DNA from: Candidatus Eiseniibacteriota bacterium
GTDB lineage: Bacteria; Eisenbacteria; RBG-16-71-46; CAVPCR01
Length of the DNA stretch: 64,000 bases
Reading direction: 5' to 3'
NCBI GenBank assembly: GCA_963823555.1
Contig: CAWGMA010000002.1
Coordinates: 544,001-608,000 of the forward strand
The stretch's first letter is position 1, and each line of letters starts with the position of its first letter. Below the pieces are notes generated by a model that was not told the origin of the DNA, searched no databases, and saw only the letters and a program-made list of their open reading frames with translations. The translations under genes and the position numbers were made by a program. Shown piece after piece: positions 12,018 through 22,462 of this stretch.

Positions 12018-12253
12018 ATATGGCACGACGAGACCAGAAAGCGCACTACGTGGTCTGCCTCTCAAACAGAGGGTTCCGAGCTTCTCTTGTCAGTCGGAGG
12101 ATATACCGCAGTCTGTCCGACCCGGAGGCGGCGAAGCGAAACCTGGTTCGGGTCATCGATGAATCCGGCGAGGATTACCTCTATCCCAGCAGGATGTTCG
12201 TGGCCATCGATGTCCCGGTTGCCGTCGAGAAGAGCTTCCGTAAGGCGAGCTGA
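12014..12253 (+). CDS. Small hypothetical protein; putative antitoxin/immunity partner
   Basis: 79 aa with RVIDESGEDYLYP motif; translationally coupled to the upstream ORF. Confidence 0.7.
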   Translation: MNMARRDQKAHYVVCLSNRGFRASLVSRRIYRSLSDPEAAKRNLVRVIDESGEDYLYPSRMFVAIDVPVAVEKSFRKAS

Positions 12254-12273
12254 TCTTGGAGCAAGGAGTGTGC

Positions 12274-14202
12274 ATGACCGGCCGGCATCTGCCTGAGTCC
12301 ACGCGGGCCCGAGGTTGGGCCCTTGCCCTCATCGTGGCCACTGGCCTCCTGGCCCTCCTCCCGTCCGTCGCCGCCCGGGCCGCCACGATCCACGTCCCCG
12401 CCGATCGGCCCTCGATCCAGCTCGCGATCGACGCCGCGGTGGCCGGCGACACCGTCCTCGTCGCCCCCGGGACCTATTACGGAGCCGAGAATCAGAACAT
12501 CGACTTCCGCGGGCGCGACATCGTCCTGCGCTCCGAGGCGGGACCCGAGGCGACGATCATCGACTGCGAGAACATCGATCGCGCCTTCTACCTGCGCGCG
12601 GGGGAGACCAACTCGGCGGTCATCGACGGCTTCTCCGTTCTCCGCGGCATGGCCACCTACCTCGACCCCTACGGTGTCGTGGGTGGCGCCGTGGTCTGCG
12701 CCAGCTCCTCACCCACGATCCGTAACATGATCCTGGGGGTTTGCGGCGCGGGGTGAGCGGGGGCCTGGGATGGCGGTGCCATCGCCCTCTACAACTCGAG
12801 CGCCAGGCTCATCGACTGCCAGATCTCCGGAAATGCCGCGGAGGAGAAGGGCGGCGGCCTCTACTGCGAGGGCGGTGCCGTCGAGCTCGCCGGCTGCCGC
12901 TTTGTCGAGAACGTGGCGGGCGGCAATGTGGGATGGGGCGGGGCTGTCTATGCCGAGTCCTGCGATCTCACCATCACCGACTGCACCTTCGCCGGGAACC
13001 AGGTCGAGAGCTGGAGCTGTGATGGATGCAGCTACGCGGGCGGCGGCGCCATCTACGCCGAGCTCGGGACGGCGAGCCTCACTCGCTGCCTCTTCCTCGA
13101 CAACGCCGCCGTATCCGAGAACATCGGGAGCGGGAACTTCGCCGAGGGGGGTGCTGCCCTGCTCCGGGTCGGCGGCCTCACCCTCACCGAGTGCGTCTTC
13201 CGCGGCAACGAGGCGCGGAGCACCTCCGATCCCCAGCTCTCGGCCTGGGGCAACGAGGCCTACGGCGGCGCCCTGGCCTGCCGCTCCGCCGTTCTCGACA
13301 ACTGCGTCTTCGAGAACAACGGCGTCCTCTGCGATGGCAACCCCGACGGCAACATCGGCGCCGGGGGCGCGCTCCATGCCGCCGATGCGATCGTGACCGG
13401 ATGCCTCTTCATCGATAACGCCGTGGTCGGCGGCGGCAGCCGGCCGGATGGCGCCGTCCGGTCCCTCCGCGCCGAGGATCGCGCCGAGGGCGGCGGCGCC
13501 GCGGTCGCGGGTGGCTCGCGCTTCACGCGCTCGACCTTCAGCCGCAACTCGGCTGCCACGGGGGGCGCTGCGATCCACCTCCGCGACGGCGGCGTGGTGC
13601 TGATCGACAACACGATCGTCGCCTTCTCGCAGACGCCCGCCGCCATCCTCTGCAGCGGGGGCACCCGGCCCGAGCTCACGTGCTCCGATGTCTTCGGCAA
13701 CGCCGGCGGCGACTGGGTGGGCTGCATCGCCGACCAGGCCGGCTCGAGCGGCAACCTGGCCGCCGATCCGCTCTTCTGCCAGCCCGCGATCGGCAACTAC
13801 ACGCTCGACGCCGCCTCTCCCTGCGCCGAGGACAACGCGCCCGCGTCATGCGGTCTCATCGGGGCGCTTGGAGTGGGTTGCGGTGTCGTCGCCGTGCCGG
13901 CCGGGGACTCGCCCGCGGCACCTCGACTCGTGCGCGTCTACCCCAATCCTCTCGATGGCGACGCGGTCCTCGAATGGCGTTCCGATGCAGGCGGCGCGCA
14001 GCACGCGCGGCTCTACGATCTCGCCGGCCGCGTCATCCTGGCCCGGGATCTCGGATCGCGCGCGGCGGGGACGCATCGCCTGGCGTGGAGCGATCTCACT
14101 CGCGGCGTCTCGCTGCCTGCCGGCGTCTACTTCCTCGCGATCGATCCGCCCGGTGGCAGCACCAGCCGCGAGCAGGCGCTGCGCGTGATCGTGACCAGGT
14201 AA
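12274..14202 (+). CDS. Secreted beta-helix repeat protein with C-terminal CTD-like domain; in-frame TGA at 12754-12756
   Basis: ORFs 12256-12756 and 12913-14202 are in the same frame and the intervening codons read WDGGAIALYNSSARLIDC; paralogous to 8625-10775 and 22463-24240. Confidence 0.78.
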
Positions 14203-14215
14203 CGGGAAGGACGCC

Positions 14216-15172
14216 GTGCCCGAGCTCAGCGATCTTCACGTCGTCGTCGGAGCGGGACCGCTAGGTCTCGGCGTTGCGCGCGAGCTGGCTGCGCGCCGGG
14301 TGCGAGTACGTATCGTGAGCCGGAACGGCCGGGCTGTGGTACCGGACGGTGTCGAGATCGGGGCCGCCGATATGACCGATCCCACCGCTGCTCGCACCGC
14401 GTGCTCCGGTGCGACTGTCGTCTACAACTGCACGAATGTCGCTTACAACGAATGGCCGGAGAAGCTGCCGCCCCTGTGGAGCGGGATCACCGAGGGGGCG
14501 GCGGCCAACGGCGCACGCCTCGTCTGCGGCGACAACCTCTATGCGTATGGCCCCGTGGCCGGCGTCCTTCACGAGGCGTTGCCGCCGGCCGCCACCGGAC
14601 GCAAGGGACGGACCCGCGCTCGCCTCGCCGCCGAGGTCATGGCGGCGCATGCCGCCGGACGCGTCCGCGTGACGATCGGGCGTGCACCGGACTTCTACGG
14701 GCCCTGGGTCCGCATCTCCGCCCTGGGCGAACAGGTCTTCACCGCCGCTCTCGCCAGGAAACCGGTCCCGGTCCTCGGGGATCCCGATCTCCCGCATACC
14801 TACATCTACATCCACGACTTTGCCCGCGCGCTCGTCATGCTCGGCGAGAGCGAGCATGCGTACGGAGAGGTGTGGCACGTTCCCAGCGCGCCCACCATCA
14901 CCACGCGGGACCTGGTGGCGCTCGTGGGTGAGGAGCTCGGGCGGAAGCTCTCGCTCCGAGCCGCGCCGGCCTGGATGATCTCGGCGCTCGGGCTCGTCAA
15001 CCCGGTGATGCGCGAGCTCAGGGAGACGGCCTATCAGTTCACCGCCCCCTTCGTCGTCGATCACTCGCGGTTCGAGCGCATCTTCGGGGCCACGGTGACG
15101 CCGCACCGCGAGGCGATCCGGCATACGCTCGAGTGGTACCGGGGGCCGGGGCCCGATCCCCGAGCCCGGTAA
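14216..15172 (+). CDS. NAD-dependent epimerase/dehydratase (atypical SDR)
   Basis: VVGAGPLG Rossmann motif; DNLYAYG, RAPDFYGP, HTYIYIHDFARA. Confidence 0.85.
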   Translation: MPELSDLHVVVGAGPLGLGVARELAARRVRVRIVSRNGRAVVPDGVEIGAADMTDPTAARTACSGATVVYNCTNVAYNEWPEKLPPLWSGITEGAAANGARLVCGDNLYAYGPVAGVLHEALPPAATGRKGRTRARLAAEVMAAHAAGRVRVTIGRAPDFYGPWVRISALGEQVFTAALARKPVPVLGDPDLPHTYIYIHDFARALVMLGESEHAYGEVWHVPSAPTITTRDLVALVGEELGRKLSLRAAPAWMISALGLVNPVMRELRETAYQFTAPFVVDHSRFERIFGATVTPHREAIRHTLEWYRGPGPDPRAR

Positions 15173-15362
15173 GGGCTTAATATCGAGGCTCCCCGTCCCG
15201 ATAACTCATGCTGCGGGCCCGGGCTCGGCGGTGGTAGGCTCTTCGCGTTCGGCTTCCCTTGCCCCGCCACCCGCGGTTGTCCCGGCTCCTGCCGGGACCG
15301 TATCCCCCCGTGCCGCCGAACCTTGCGGCGCCCAGGTGCCGGGGCTCAAGAACCAGATCACG

Positions 15363-17189
15363 ATGAAACGGACCACCATCCTCGGCATCTCCGCCTTCTA
15401 TCACGACAGCGCCGCTTGCCTCCTGGCCGACGGCGAGATCGTCGCCGCCGCGCAGGAGGAGCGCTTCACCCGCAAGAAGGGTGACGCCGCGTTCCCCGAG
15501 CGGGCGGTCGAGTACTGTCTCAAGGAAGCCGGGATCCGCGCCTCCGATCTCACCCTTGTCGGCTTCTACGACAAGCCGCTCCTCAAGTTCGAGCGCATCC
15601 TCGAGACCTACGTCGGGGTTGCGCCCCGTGGCTTCTCCTCGTTCCTGCAGGCCGGTCCGCTATGGATCAAGGACAAGCTCTACATGGACCGGCAGATCCG
15701 CGAGGCGCTCGGGTACGAGGGTGACATCCTCTATGCCGAGCATCACGAATCGCATGCCGCGAGCGCGTTCTTCCCGTCTCCGTTCACCGAGGCCGCCATC
15801 CTCACCATGGATGGCGTCGGCGAGTGGGCGACGGCCTCGATCGGAGTGGGCCGCGATCGCGACATCGTGCTCCAGAGGGAGCTCCACTGGCCGGACTCGC
15901 TCGGTCTCCTGTACTCGGCCTTCACCTATTACACCGGATTCAAGGTCAATTCCGGCGAGTACAAGGTGATGGGGCTGGCGCCCTACGGGGAGCCGAAGTA
16001 CGTCGATACCATTCTCAGCGAGCTCATCGATCTGCACGAGGATGGGTCCTTCGTCCTGAACCAGAAGTACTTCAACTACCTGACCGGGCTCACCATGACC
16101 AATGGCGCCTTCGACGAGCTGTTCGGCGGGCCGCCGCGAGTGCCGGAGACGAAGCTCACCCAGCGGGAGATGGATCTCGCGCGCTCGGTCCAGGTCGTGT
16201 GCGAGGAGATCGTGATGCGGATGGCGCGCACCGCGCATCGCGAGACCGGGCTCGACAACCTGTGCATGGCGGGCGGGGTCGCCCTCAACTGTGTGGCCAA
16301 CGGCCGGCTTCTCCGCGAGGGACCGTTCAAGAGCATCTGGATCCAGCCGGCGGCGGGCGACGCGGGGGGCGCGCTCGGGATCGCCACCCTGATCTGGCAC
16401 CGTCACTGCGAGAAGCCGCGGGCGGTGACCCCGGGCCGCGACGGGATGAAGGGGGCCTATCTGGGGCCAGGGTTCGCCGACGCGGAGATCGAGAGCTTCC
16501 TGAAGACGGCGGGTGCTGCCTACACGCGCCTCGATCGTGAGACCCTGATCCAGCGCGCGGCAGCGCTCCTCGCCGAGGAGAAGATCATCGGCTGGTTCAA
16601 CGGGCGAATGGAGTTCGGTCCCCGGGCGCTCGGCTCGCGCAGCATCCTCGGCGACCCGCGAAGCCCGCGCATGCAGGCGCAGATGAACTTGAAGATCAAG
16701 TTCCGCGAGGGATTCCGCCCCTTCGCGCCGAGCGTGCTCCGCGAGCGTGTCGCCGACTACTTCGAGCTCGACGTCGATTCGCCCTACATGCTCCTTGTCG
16801 CCCCCGTGAAGAAGGAGCGCCAGATCCCGATGACCGACGCGCAGCACCGGCTCTGGGGCATCGACAAGCTGAACGTGCCGCGCTCCGACATCCCGGCGAT
16901 CACGCACGTCGACTACTCGGCGCGCGTCCAGACCGTGAGCCGCGACACCAATCCCGACTACTACGATCTCATCAAGGAGTTCGAGCGGCTCACGGGCTGT
17001 GGGCTCGTGGTGAACACGTCCTTCAACGTGCGCGGCGAGCCGATCGTCTGCACGCCGCTTGATGCGTATCGCTGCTTCATGCGGACCCACATCGACCATC
17101 TGGTCCTGGGGCCGTTCCTCCTCGACAAGAGCGAGCAGCCGGAGTGGAAGGAGACCGAGGATTGGAAGCACGAATTCGTGCTCGACTGA
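15363..17189 (+). CDS. O-carbamoyltransferase (NodU/CmcH/SxtI family)
   Basis: ILGISAFYHDSAA, EHHESHAASAF, DGVGE, EFGPRALGSRSI, KFREGFRPFAP, NTSFNVRGEPIV. Confidence 0.95.
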   Translation: MKRTTILGISAFYHDSAACLLADGEIVAAAQEERFTRKKGDAAFPERAVEYCLKEAGIRASDLTLVGFYDKPLLKFERILETYVGVAPRGFSSFLQAGPLWIKDKLYMDRQIREALGYEGDILYAEHHESHAASAFFPSPFTEAAILTMDGVGEWATASIGVGRDRDIVLQRELHWPDSLGLLYSAFTYYTGFKVNSGEYKVMGLAPYGEPKYVDTILSELIDLHEDGSFVLNQKYFNYLTGLTMTNGAFDELFGGPPRVPETKLTQREMDLARSVQVVCEEIVMRMARTAHRETGLDNLCMAGGVALNCVANGRLLREGPFKSIWIQPAAGDAGGALGIATLIWHRHCEKPRAVTPGRDGMKGAYLGPGFADAEIESFLKTAGAAYTRLDRETLIQRAAALLAEEKIIGWFNGRMEFGPRALGSRSILGDPRSPRMQAQMNLKIKFREGFRPFAPSVLRERVADYFELDVDSPYMLLVAPVKKERQIPMTDAQHRLWGIDKLNVPRSDIPAITHVDYSARVQTVSRDTNPDYYDLIKEFERLTGCGLVVNTSFNVRGEPIVCTPLDAYRCFMRTHIDHLVLGPFLLDKSEQPEWKETEDWKHEFVLD

Positions 17190-17560
17190 CCCCCCGCGAG
17201 GGCCGTCGCTTCGGACTCACCGTCGGCGCGGCCTTCTGCGTGCTCGGCGCCCTCTCCTGGTGGCGGGGTCACGACCTGGCGCCGCAGATCTTCGCCGGGA
17301 TCGGGATCCTGCTCGCCCTCGCCGGCCTCGTCGCCCCCACCCGGCTCGGCCCGGTCCAGGCGGGGTGGATGGGGATGGCCAGGGCCATCTCCAAGGTCAC
17401 GACGCCCATCTTCATGGGCCTGGTATACTTCCTCGTGTTCGCGCCGGTCGGCCTCCTGGCCCGGGCGATTGGTCGCAACCCGCTCCAGCGCCCCGGACAG
17501 AAGGGGGTCTGGATCCCCCGCGATCCCTCCCGACACAGCGACCTGCACCGTCAGTTCTGA
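17162..17560 (+). CDS. SxtJ-like membrane protein
   Basis: RRFGLTVG, hydrophobic helices, WMGMARAISKVTTPIFMGLVYF, ends HRQF; follows the carbamoyltransferase; start uncertain (TTG). Confidence 0.8.
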   Translation: MEARIRARLTPREGRRFGLTVGAAFCVLGALSWWRGHDLAPQIFAGIGILLALAGLVAPTRLGPVQAGWMGMARAISKVTTPIFMGLVYFLVFAPVGLLARAIGRNPLQRPGQKGVWIPRDPSRHSDLHRQF

Positions 17561-17589
17561 GAACTCAGGAGTTCCGAGGACCGATCACA

Positions 17590-17748
17590 ATGGCCAAGAA
17601 CAGCGTCTTCAGTGAGTTGTGGGCCTTCATGCGCGTGCGCAAGAAGTGGTGGCTGATGCCCATCATCGTCATGATGTTCCTCTTCGGCTCGCTGCTCATC
17701 TTCGCCCAGGGATCCGCCCTGGCGCCGTTCATCTACACGCTGTTCTGA
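17590..17748 (+). CDS. SxtK-like small membrane protein (DUF5989-like)
   Basis: 52 aa: ELWAFMRVRKKWWLMPII...GSALAPFIYTLF. Confidence 0.85.
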   Translation: MAKNSVFSELWAFMRVRKKWWLMPIIVMMFLFGSLLIFAQGSALAPFIYTLF

Positions 17749-17793
17749 TCCGGGGCCGGCCTGGAAGCCGGCCTGTGCGAGGAGTGCCTGGGC

Positions 17794-18870
17794 ATGCCCC
17801 GTGCCGGGTCGCCGCTCCTCTTGGGTCTCGTCTTGCTGGCAGGCTCCGTCCTGTTCTTCTGCCTGTCCGCGGAGATGGCCTGTCGCGCCTTCTTCCCGGA
17901 TCACCGGCTCCGATATGTGACGGATCCGGAGCTCATGTTCGTGCTCGAGCCCAACCAGCAGGATGCCGACGTTGGGTGTCAGGTTCGGTCGATCCCCTAC
18001 GCCGGGTCGCACGTCCGCATCAACGAGCTCGGGCTTCGCGGTCCCGGTGTCGCCTCGCTGTCATCGCGACACGTGTTGTTCCTCGGTGATTCGTTCACCT
18101 TTGGATCCCTGATCGAGGAGGAGAGGACGTTCGTCGGGCGGGTGAGCGGATGTCTTCCTGAGGATATTTCCGCCATCAACGGCGGCCAGCCCGGTTTCGG
18201 CATCTACCAGATCGCCGGGTTCGGACGCCGGCTCGTGCCTTCCCTGCGCCCGGAAGTCGTCGTGCTGGTGATCTGGGAGGGTCTCCTGCAGCGCCAGCCG
18301 CTGCCCGCGGCCGAGCGGGCACATGTCCTGGCGAAGAGCGAGAAGTTGAAGCGCCTGAAGGCGACCTCGGTGCTGGGCATGCATCTCTATCGCGCCTGGG
18401 AGCGCGCGTCATGGCGTCTTGGGGTACGCGCCACCACCGTGACGCTCACCCAGAGCACCGAGCCTGTGCCTTCGGCGGATGGCTCGTTCAGTGCACTGTT
18501 CGCCGGCGACGGCAGGCGAATCGAGATGCTCGCCGGCGCGGTGGCCGATTCGGGCGGTCGGATGATGATCGTCCTGTGGCCGGAGTCCGAGTTCACCGGA
18601 CGGGACCGTCCTCCGACTTCGAGCGAGGTGGACGCCTGGCTCCGGGAGCTGGCTGAGCGGCTCGGCCTCGCCTACGTGAATCTGGGTCCGGCGCTCAGTG
18701 CCTATCCTCCCGGTCACCTCATCATCTCCGGGGACGGGCATCCCACGGCGCTAGCTCACTGCCTCGCGGCCGAGGTCATGCTCGACGAGCTCGGTCGGCT
18801 CGGCTGGTACGAGATTGCGGCGCTGGATTGCCAAAGCACGGTGATCGGCTCAGCGGAGCAGCACGAGTGA
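17794..18870 (+). CDS. Membrane-anchored SGNH/GDSL hydrolase
   Basis: INELGLRG, FLGDSFTFG, INGGQPG, DGHPTALAH catalytic blocks. Confidence 0.82.
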   Translation: MPRAGSPLLLGLVLLAGSVLFFCLSAEMACRAFFPDHRLRYVTDPELMFVLEPNQQDADVGCQVRSIPYAGSHVRINELGLRGPGVASLSSRHVLFLGDSFTFGSLIEEERTFVGRVSGCLPEDISAINGGQPGFGIYQIAGFGRRLVPSLRPEVVVLVIWEGLLQRQPLPAAERAHVLAKSEKLKRLKATSVLGMHLYRAWERASWRLGVRATTVTLTQSTEPVPSADGSFSALFAGDGRRIEMLAGAVADSGGRMMIVLWPESEFTGRDRPPTSSEVDAWLRELAERLGLAYVNLGPALSAYPPGHLIISGDGHPTALAHCLAAEVMLDELGRLGWYEIAALDCQSTVIGSAEQHE

Positions 18871-18989
18871 GCGCGCCATGTCGACACGGACGACTTCCGG
18901 TTGACGCGCAACAGGAGCCATGACACCCTCGGTCGTGATTTCAGATTTCCATTGATCGCAACCACGCGTCATGCGAGAGGAGTACTTCA

Positions 18990-19514
18990 ATGCTGAACAA
19001 GCAGGCTTTGAACGGCATGTGGGATCTGATGCGGCAAAGGCACGGCATCACGTTGCGACTCATCGAGTCCCTGCCGGAAGCCAAGCTTCACGCTTATCCG
19101 ATACCTGGCATGCGGACGCCGGCCGAGCTCATCGTGCACATGTACAACGTCCTCATCGACGAGATCCCTCAAGGCATCGTCAATGGCGCGGTCAAGGCCG
19201 ACGAGTCCGCCGAGAAGTCGATGGCCGCGGGTCTCAAGACCAAGGCGGATGTGATGAAGTTCGTCGAGAAGAGCTGGAACTCGGGGAGCAAGGCCGTGGC
19301 GGCGATCACCGACCAGCACCTGTCGGCGACGGTCGCGACTCCCTGGAACATGTCGCTTCCCGGCTGGATGATGATGGGGATCAGTCACGACGAGTACCTG
19401 CACCATCGTGGTCAGCTCTACTGCTTCGCGCGCGTGTTCGGTGTCGAGCCGCCGATGATCTGGGACTTCGAGCATAACGCCGAGGCATTCCGGCCCAAGC
19501 AGGCGATGGCGTAG
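18990..19514 (+). CDS. DinB family protein
   Basis: MRTPAELIVH ... HHRGQL metal-binding motifs; GAGGAG RBS. Confidence 0.85.
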   Translation: MLNKQALNGMWDLMRQRHGITLRLIESLPEAKLHAYPIPGMRTPAELIVHMYNVLIDEIPQGIVNGAVKADESAEKSMAAGLKTKADVMKFVEKSWNSGSKAVAAITDQHLSATVATPWNMSLPGWMMMGISHDEYLHHRGQLYCFARVFGVEPPMIWDFEHNAEAFRPKQAMA

Positions 19515-19938
19515 CCGGCGCATCCGTTTGCCCGCCCTGGAATCGCGGTCGAACGGTGTGGCTGCCCGCTCCCTGCTTGTGAGCGGATTCCAGTTCATTT
19601 CATCGCGGCGTTGTGCTATGTTCCCGCGGTCCGCAGCGAAGCTCACCGCTTCCGCGGGCGACCGTCCCGGCCCGGAGGGCCGATGCCGCACCCTTCCACA
19701 CGGATGACTGGAGTTGCTGGTTGCCCCACGGCAATTCCTGCGGGCGCGCACCCAGCGCCGGATTTCGCCTTCTCTCATCGTGTGAAGATTCAACGCGTTG
19801 CACGAGGACAAGCCTCCTTCATCCACGCAACCCTGCAATGGATGTTGCAGCAATGTGTATGTGAGATTGGGAGAAAGCAATCGGTCGCCTTCCCTCCGGG
19901 CACGAGGGAACCCGGGGCATCGCAGGGAGAACACTCTC

Positions 19939-22335
19939 ATGAGACGGCTAGGTCGCATCTTACCGTCCGTTCTCGTTCTTGTCTCGTTCATGATCTTGTG
20001 GCTGCCGAGCCCGTCGCTGGCCTCGGTGTGCTCTCGCACCTACACGACTGATGCGGATTTCGACGAGGGGATCCTCGTCAACGTCAATCACGATCCGCCC
20101 AACAACGATCAGCTCCAGCTCAATGCGTTTCCCGAACCATTCCCCTTCATCTGGATCGCCAATTCGGCCCGCGGGACCGTGTGCCGCGTGGATACCGAAA
20201 CGGGCGCGATTCTGGGCGAGTACAGGTCGGCTCCCGAGGGTCGCGGTCTCAACCCCTCCCGGACCACGGTCGATTTCTTCGGGAACGTGTGGACCGGGAA
20301 CCGTGACGAGTCGGGAGGCGGCCAGGGGTCCGTGGTCAAGATCGGTCTCGTGATCGGCGGGACCCGCGGCATCAAGAACCCGGACGGGACCTTCACGCCG
20401 GACCCGAACGGCGAGTACCTGGCTCCGCCCTTCCTCTACAGCACGGCCGTCGATCGCGATAGCGACGGCTACATCAAGACATCCCGGGGGCTGGGCCACA
20501 TCCTGTCCTGGCCGGACATCACGGACGGTGTCGGTGGCCCGGTCGGGATCGTCGAGGATGCGGATGACGAGTGCATCCTCATCTTCCAGCGCACCACGGG
20601 GCCCAACGTGCGCCATGTCTCGGTGGACGGCAATAACGACGTATGGGTCGGTGGCTACCCGTTCACGCCCACGTTCTTCGATCAGCTGGACGGCGACACG
20701 GGTGCCATCCTCTCCACCTTCCCCTCGCCTGATTGCGGCGGCTACGGCGGGCTGATCGACGGCAACAACGTGCTGTGGTCGGCCACGATCAGTCAGAACG
20801 CGCTCCTCCGGCGCGATCTGACCACCTCGGTTTCGACCTGCATCCCGGTCAGTCAGTCGTATGGCCTCGGGATCGATACCAACGGGTACATCTGGAACGC
20901 GATGTGGAGCAACAACTCGATCGTCAAGATCGCTCCGGATGGCACGATCCAGCCTGGCTTCCCCAGGCCAACCGGCGGATCGAGCTCCCGCGGTGTGGCG
21001 GTGACGCCGGTCGACAACCATGTCTGGGTCGCCAACAGCGGTAGCAACACCGTGACGCGTCTCGACAACGGTGGCAATCTCCTGAACACCATCAACGTCG
21101 GGTTGCAGCCTACCGGGGTCGCCGTGGACGCCGACGGCAAGGTCTGGGTCACCAACCTCGATTCCAACAACGCCATGAGGATCGATCCTTCCGGTGGAGG
21201 TGGCCTGGGAGCGGTGGACCTCACCGTCGATCTCGGACCGGGAGCCGGCCCCTACAACTACAGCGACATGACCGGCGGCGTCCTCGTCGGGGTGGTGCTG
21301 TCGGGGTTGTGGGATGTCGTCTTCGACAGCGGAACCCCTGGCGAGGAGTGGGGGATCGCATCGTGGGCGAGCCTGGAGCCCCTGGGCACGGGCATCACCG
21401 TCGAGGTGCGGGCCGCCGATACCATTGCCGGTCTGCCCAGTCAGCCCTGGGTCTCGGTGATGAACGGCGTTCCGTTCGCCGGTGTCATGGGTCGCTACAT
21501 CGAGATCAGAACCGTGCTCAGCCATGAGCCCGGAATCCAGGACAGCCCGATCCTCTACGATCTCACCATCCAGTGCGCCAACCGGCCGCCGGACTGCACG
21601 ACGGCGATGGCGACTCCGGACGAGCTCTGGCCGCCACGGCACAAGTTCGTGAATGTCGAGATCGTGGGGGTCACCGATCCCGACGGGGACCCAGTGACCA
21701 TCGTGATCGACGATGTCACCCAGGACGAGCCGCTCGACGGTCAAGGTGACGGGAGCTTCTGCCCCGATGCGCGGATGATGGGTGATCAGCTCCAGATCCG
21801 CGCCGAGCGGATGGGACCCTCGTACCTCATGGTGCCCGGTGGATTGGGCGACGACGTGGCAGAGCAGTCCGTCGGTGGCCCCGGCAACGGCCGCGTCTAC
21901 GTGATCCACTTCACGGCATCGGATGATCGAGGTGGCTCCTGCACGGGCACGGCCACGGTCTGCGTGCCGCACGACATGAGACCCGGCCACGTGTGCATCG
22001 ACGACGGCCAGATCGTGAGCTCGTTCGGTCCGTGCGATCCTTCCATCCTGCCACCAGGCGAGGGCGTCGGGAAGGAGATCACCTCGGTCGAGATGGGCCG
22101 GCCCGAGGTCACGCGTGAGCTCGCGGTGATCAGCTACACACTGCCGAGCGGTGGTGCGGTCAACCTGGCCGTGTACGACGTGGCCGGTCGCCATGTCGCC
22201 ACGCTCGAGAACGCGTTCCGCGAGCGCGGCGGGCACAGCGTCACCTGGAACATGGGTGCCGTGGCGCGCGGCGTCTACTACGCCCGGATCCAGGCCAACG
22301 GCGTGACGCTGACCCGGCCGATCGTCGTGAGATAG
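19939..22335 (+). CDS. Secreted beta-propeller (YVTN/Vgb-like) multidomain protein with C-terminal CTD-like domain
   Basis: Signal peptide; IWIANS, PSRTTVD, GVAVDADGKVWV repeats, YNYSDMTG, LWPPRHK module, YDVAGRHVATL...GVYYAR tail. Confidence 0.82.
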   Translation: MRRLGRILPSVLVLVSFMILWLPSPSLASVCSRTYTTDADFDEGILVNVNHDPPNNDQLQLNAFPEPFPFIWIANSARGTVCRVDTETGAILGEYRSAPEGRGLNPSRTTVDFFGNVWTGNRDESGGGQGSVVKIGLVIGGTRGIKNPDGTFTPDPNGEYLAPPFLYSTAVDRDSDGYIKTSRGLGHILSWPDITDGVGGPVGIVEDADDECILIFQRTTGPNVRHVSVDGNNDVWVGGYPFTPTFFDQLDGDTGAILSTFPSPDCGGYGGLIDGNNVLWSATISQNALLRRDLTTSVSTCIPVSQSYGLGIDTNGYIWNAMWSNNSIVKIAPDGTIQPGFPRPTGGSSSRGVAVTPVDNHVWVANSGSNTVTRLDNGGNLLNTINVGLQPTGVAVDADGKVWVTNLDSNNAMRIDPSGGGGLGAVDLTVDLGPGAGPYNYSDMTGGVLVGVVLSGLWDVVFDSGTPGEEWGIASWASLEPLGTGITVEVRAADTIAGLPSQPWVSVMNGVPFAGVMGRYIEIRTVLSHEPGIQDSPILYDLTIQCANRPPDCTTAMATPDELWPPRHKFVNVEIVGVTDPDGDPVTIVIDDVTQDEPLDGQGDGSFCPDARMMGDQLQIRAERMGPSYLMVPGGLGDDVAEQSVGGPGNGRVYVIHFTASDDRGGSCTGTATVCVPHDMRPGHVCIDDGQIVSSFGPCDPSILPPGEGVGKEITSVEMGRPEVTRELAVISYTLPSGGAVNLAVYDVAGRHVATLENAFRERGGHSVTWNMGAVARGVYYARIQANGVTLTRPIVVR

Positions 22336-22363
22336 GAAAGACCTGGTCCCGGAGGGGAGCCGT

Positions 22364-22404
22364 GGAGCCTGCCCTGCCGAGGTGGGGCAGGCTCCGCTTC
22401 TTCT
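22364..22404 (+). terminator. Hairpin between convergent genes, probable intrinsic terminator
   Basis: GGAGCCTGCCC...GGGCAGGCTCC 11-bp stem followed by GCTTCTTCT. Confidence 0.55.
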
Positions 22405-22462
22405 GGGAGGAGAGCGATCCCGTGGGGAAGCTCGTCACGGCAAGTTCAGGCCGTCACTGTTC

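Noticed and set aside
12754..12756. Selenocysteine readthrough
   Set aside because: The TGA does not align to a conserved Cys of the paralogues and sits in an aberrant G-rich insert; no SECIS recognised
15363..18870. Saxitoxin biosynthesis
   Set aside because: Only tailoring-like homologues; no sxtA, sxtG or other core genes
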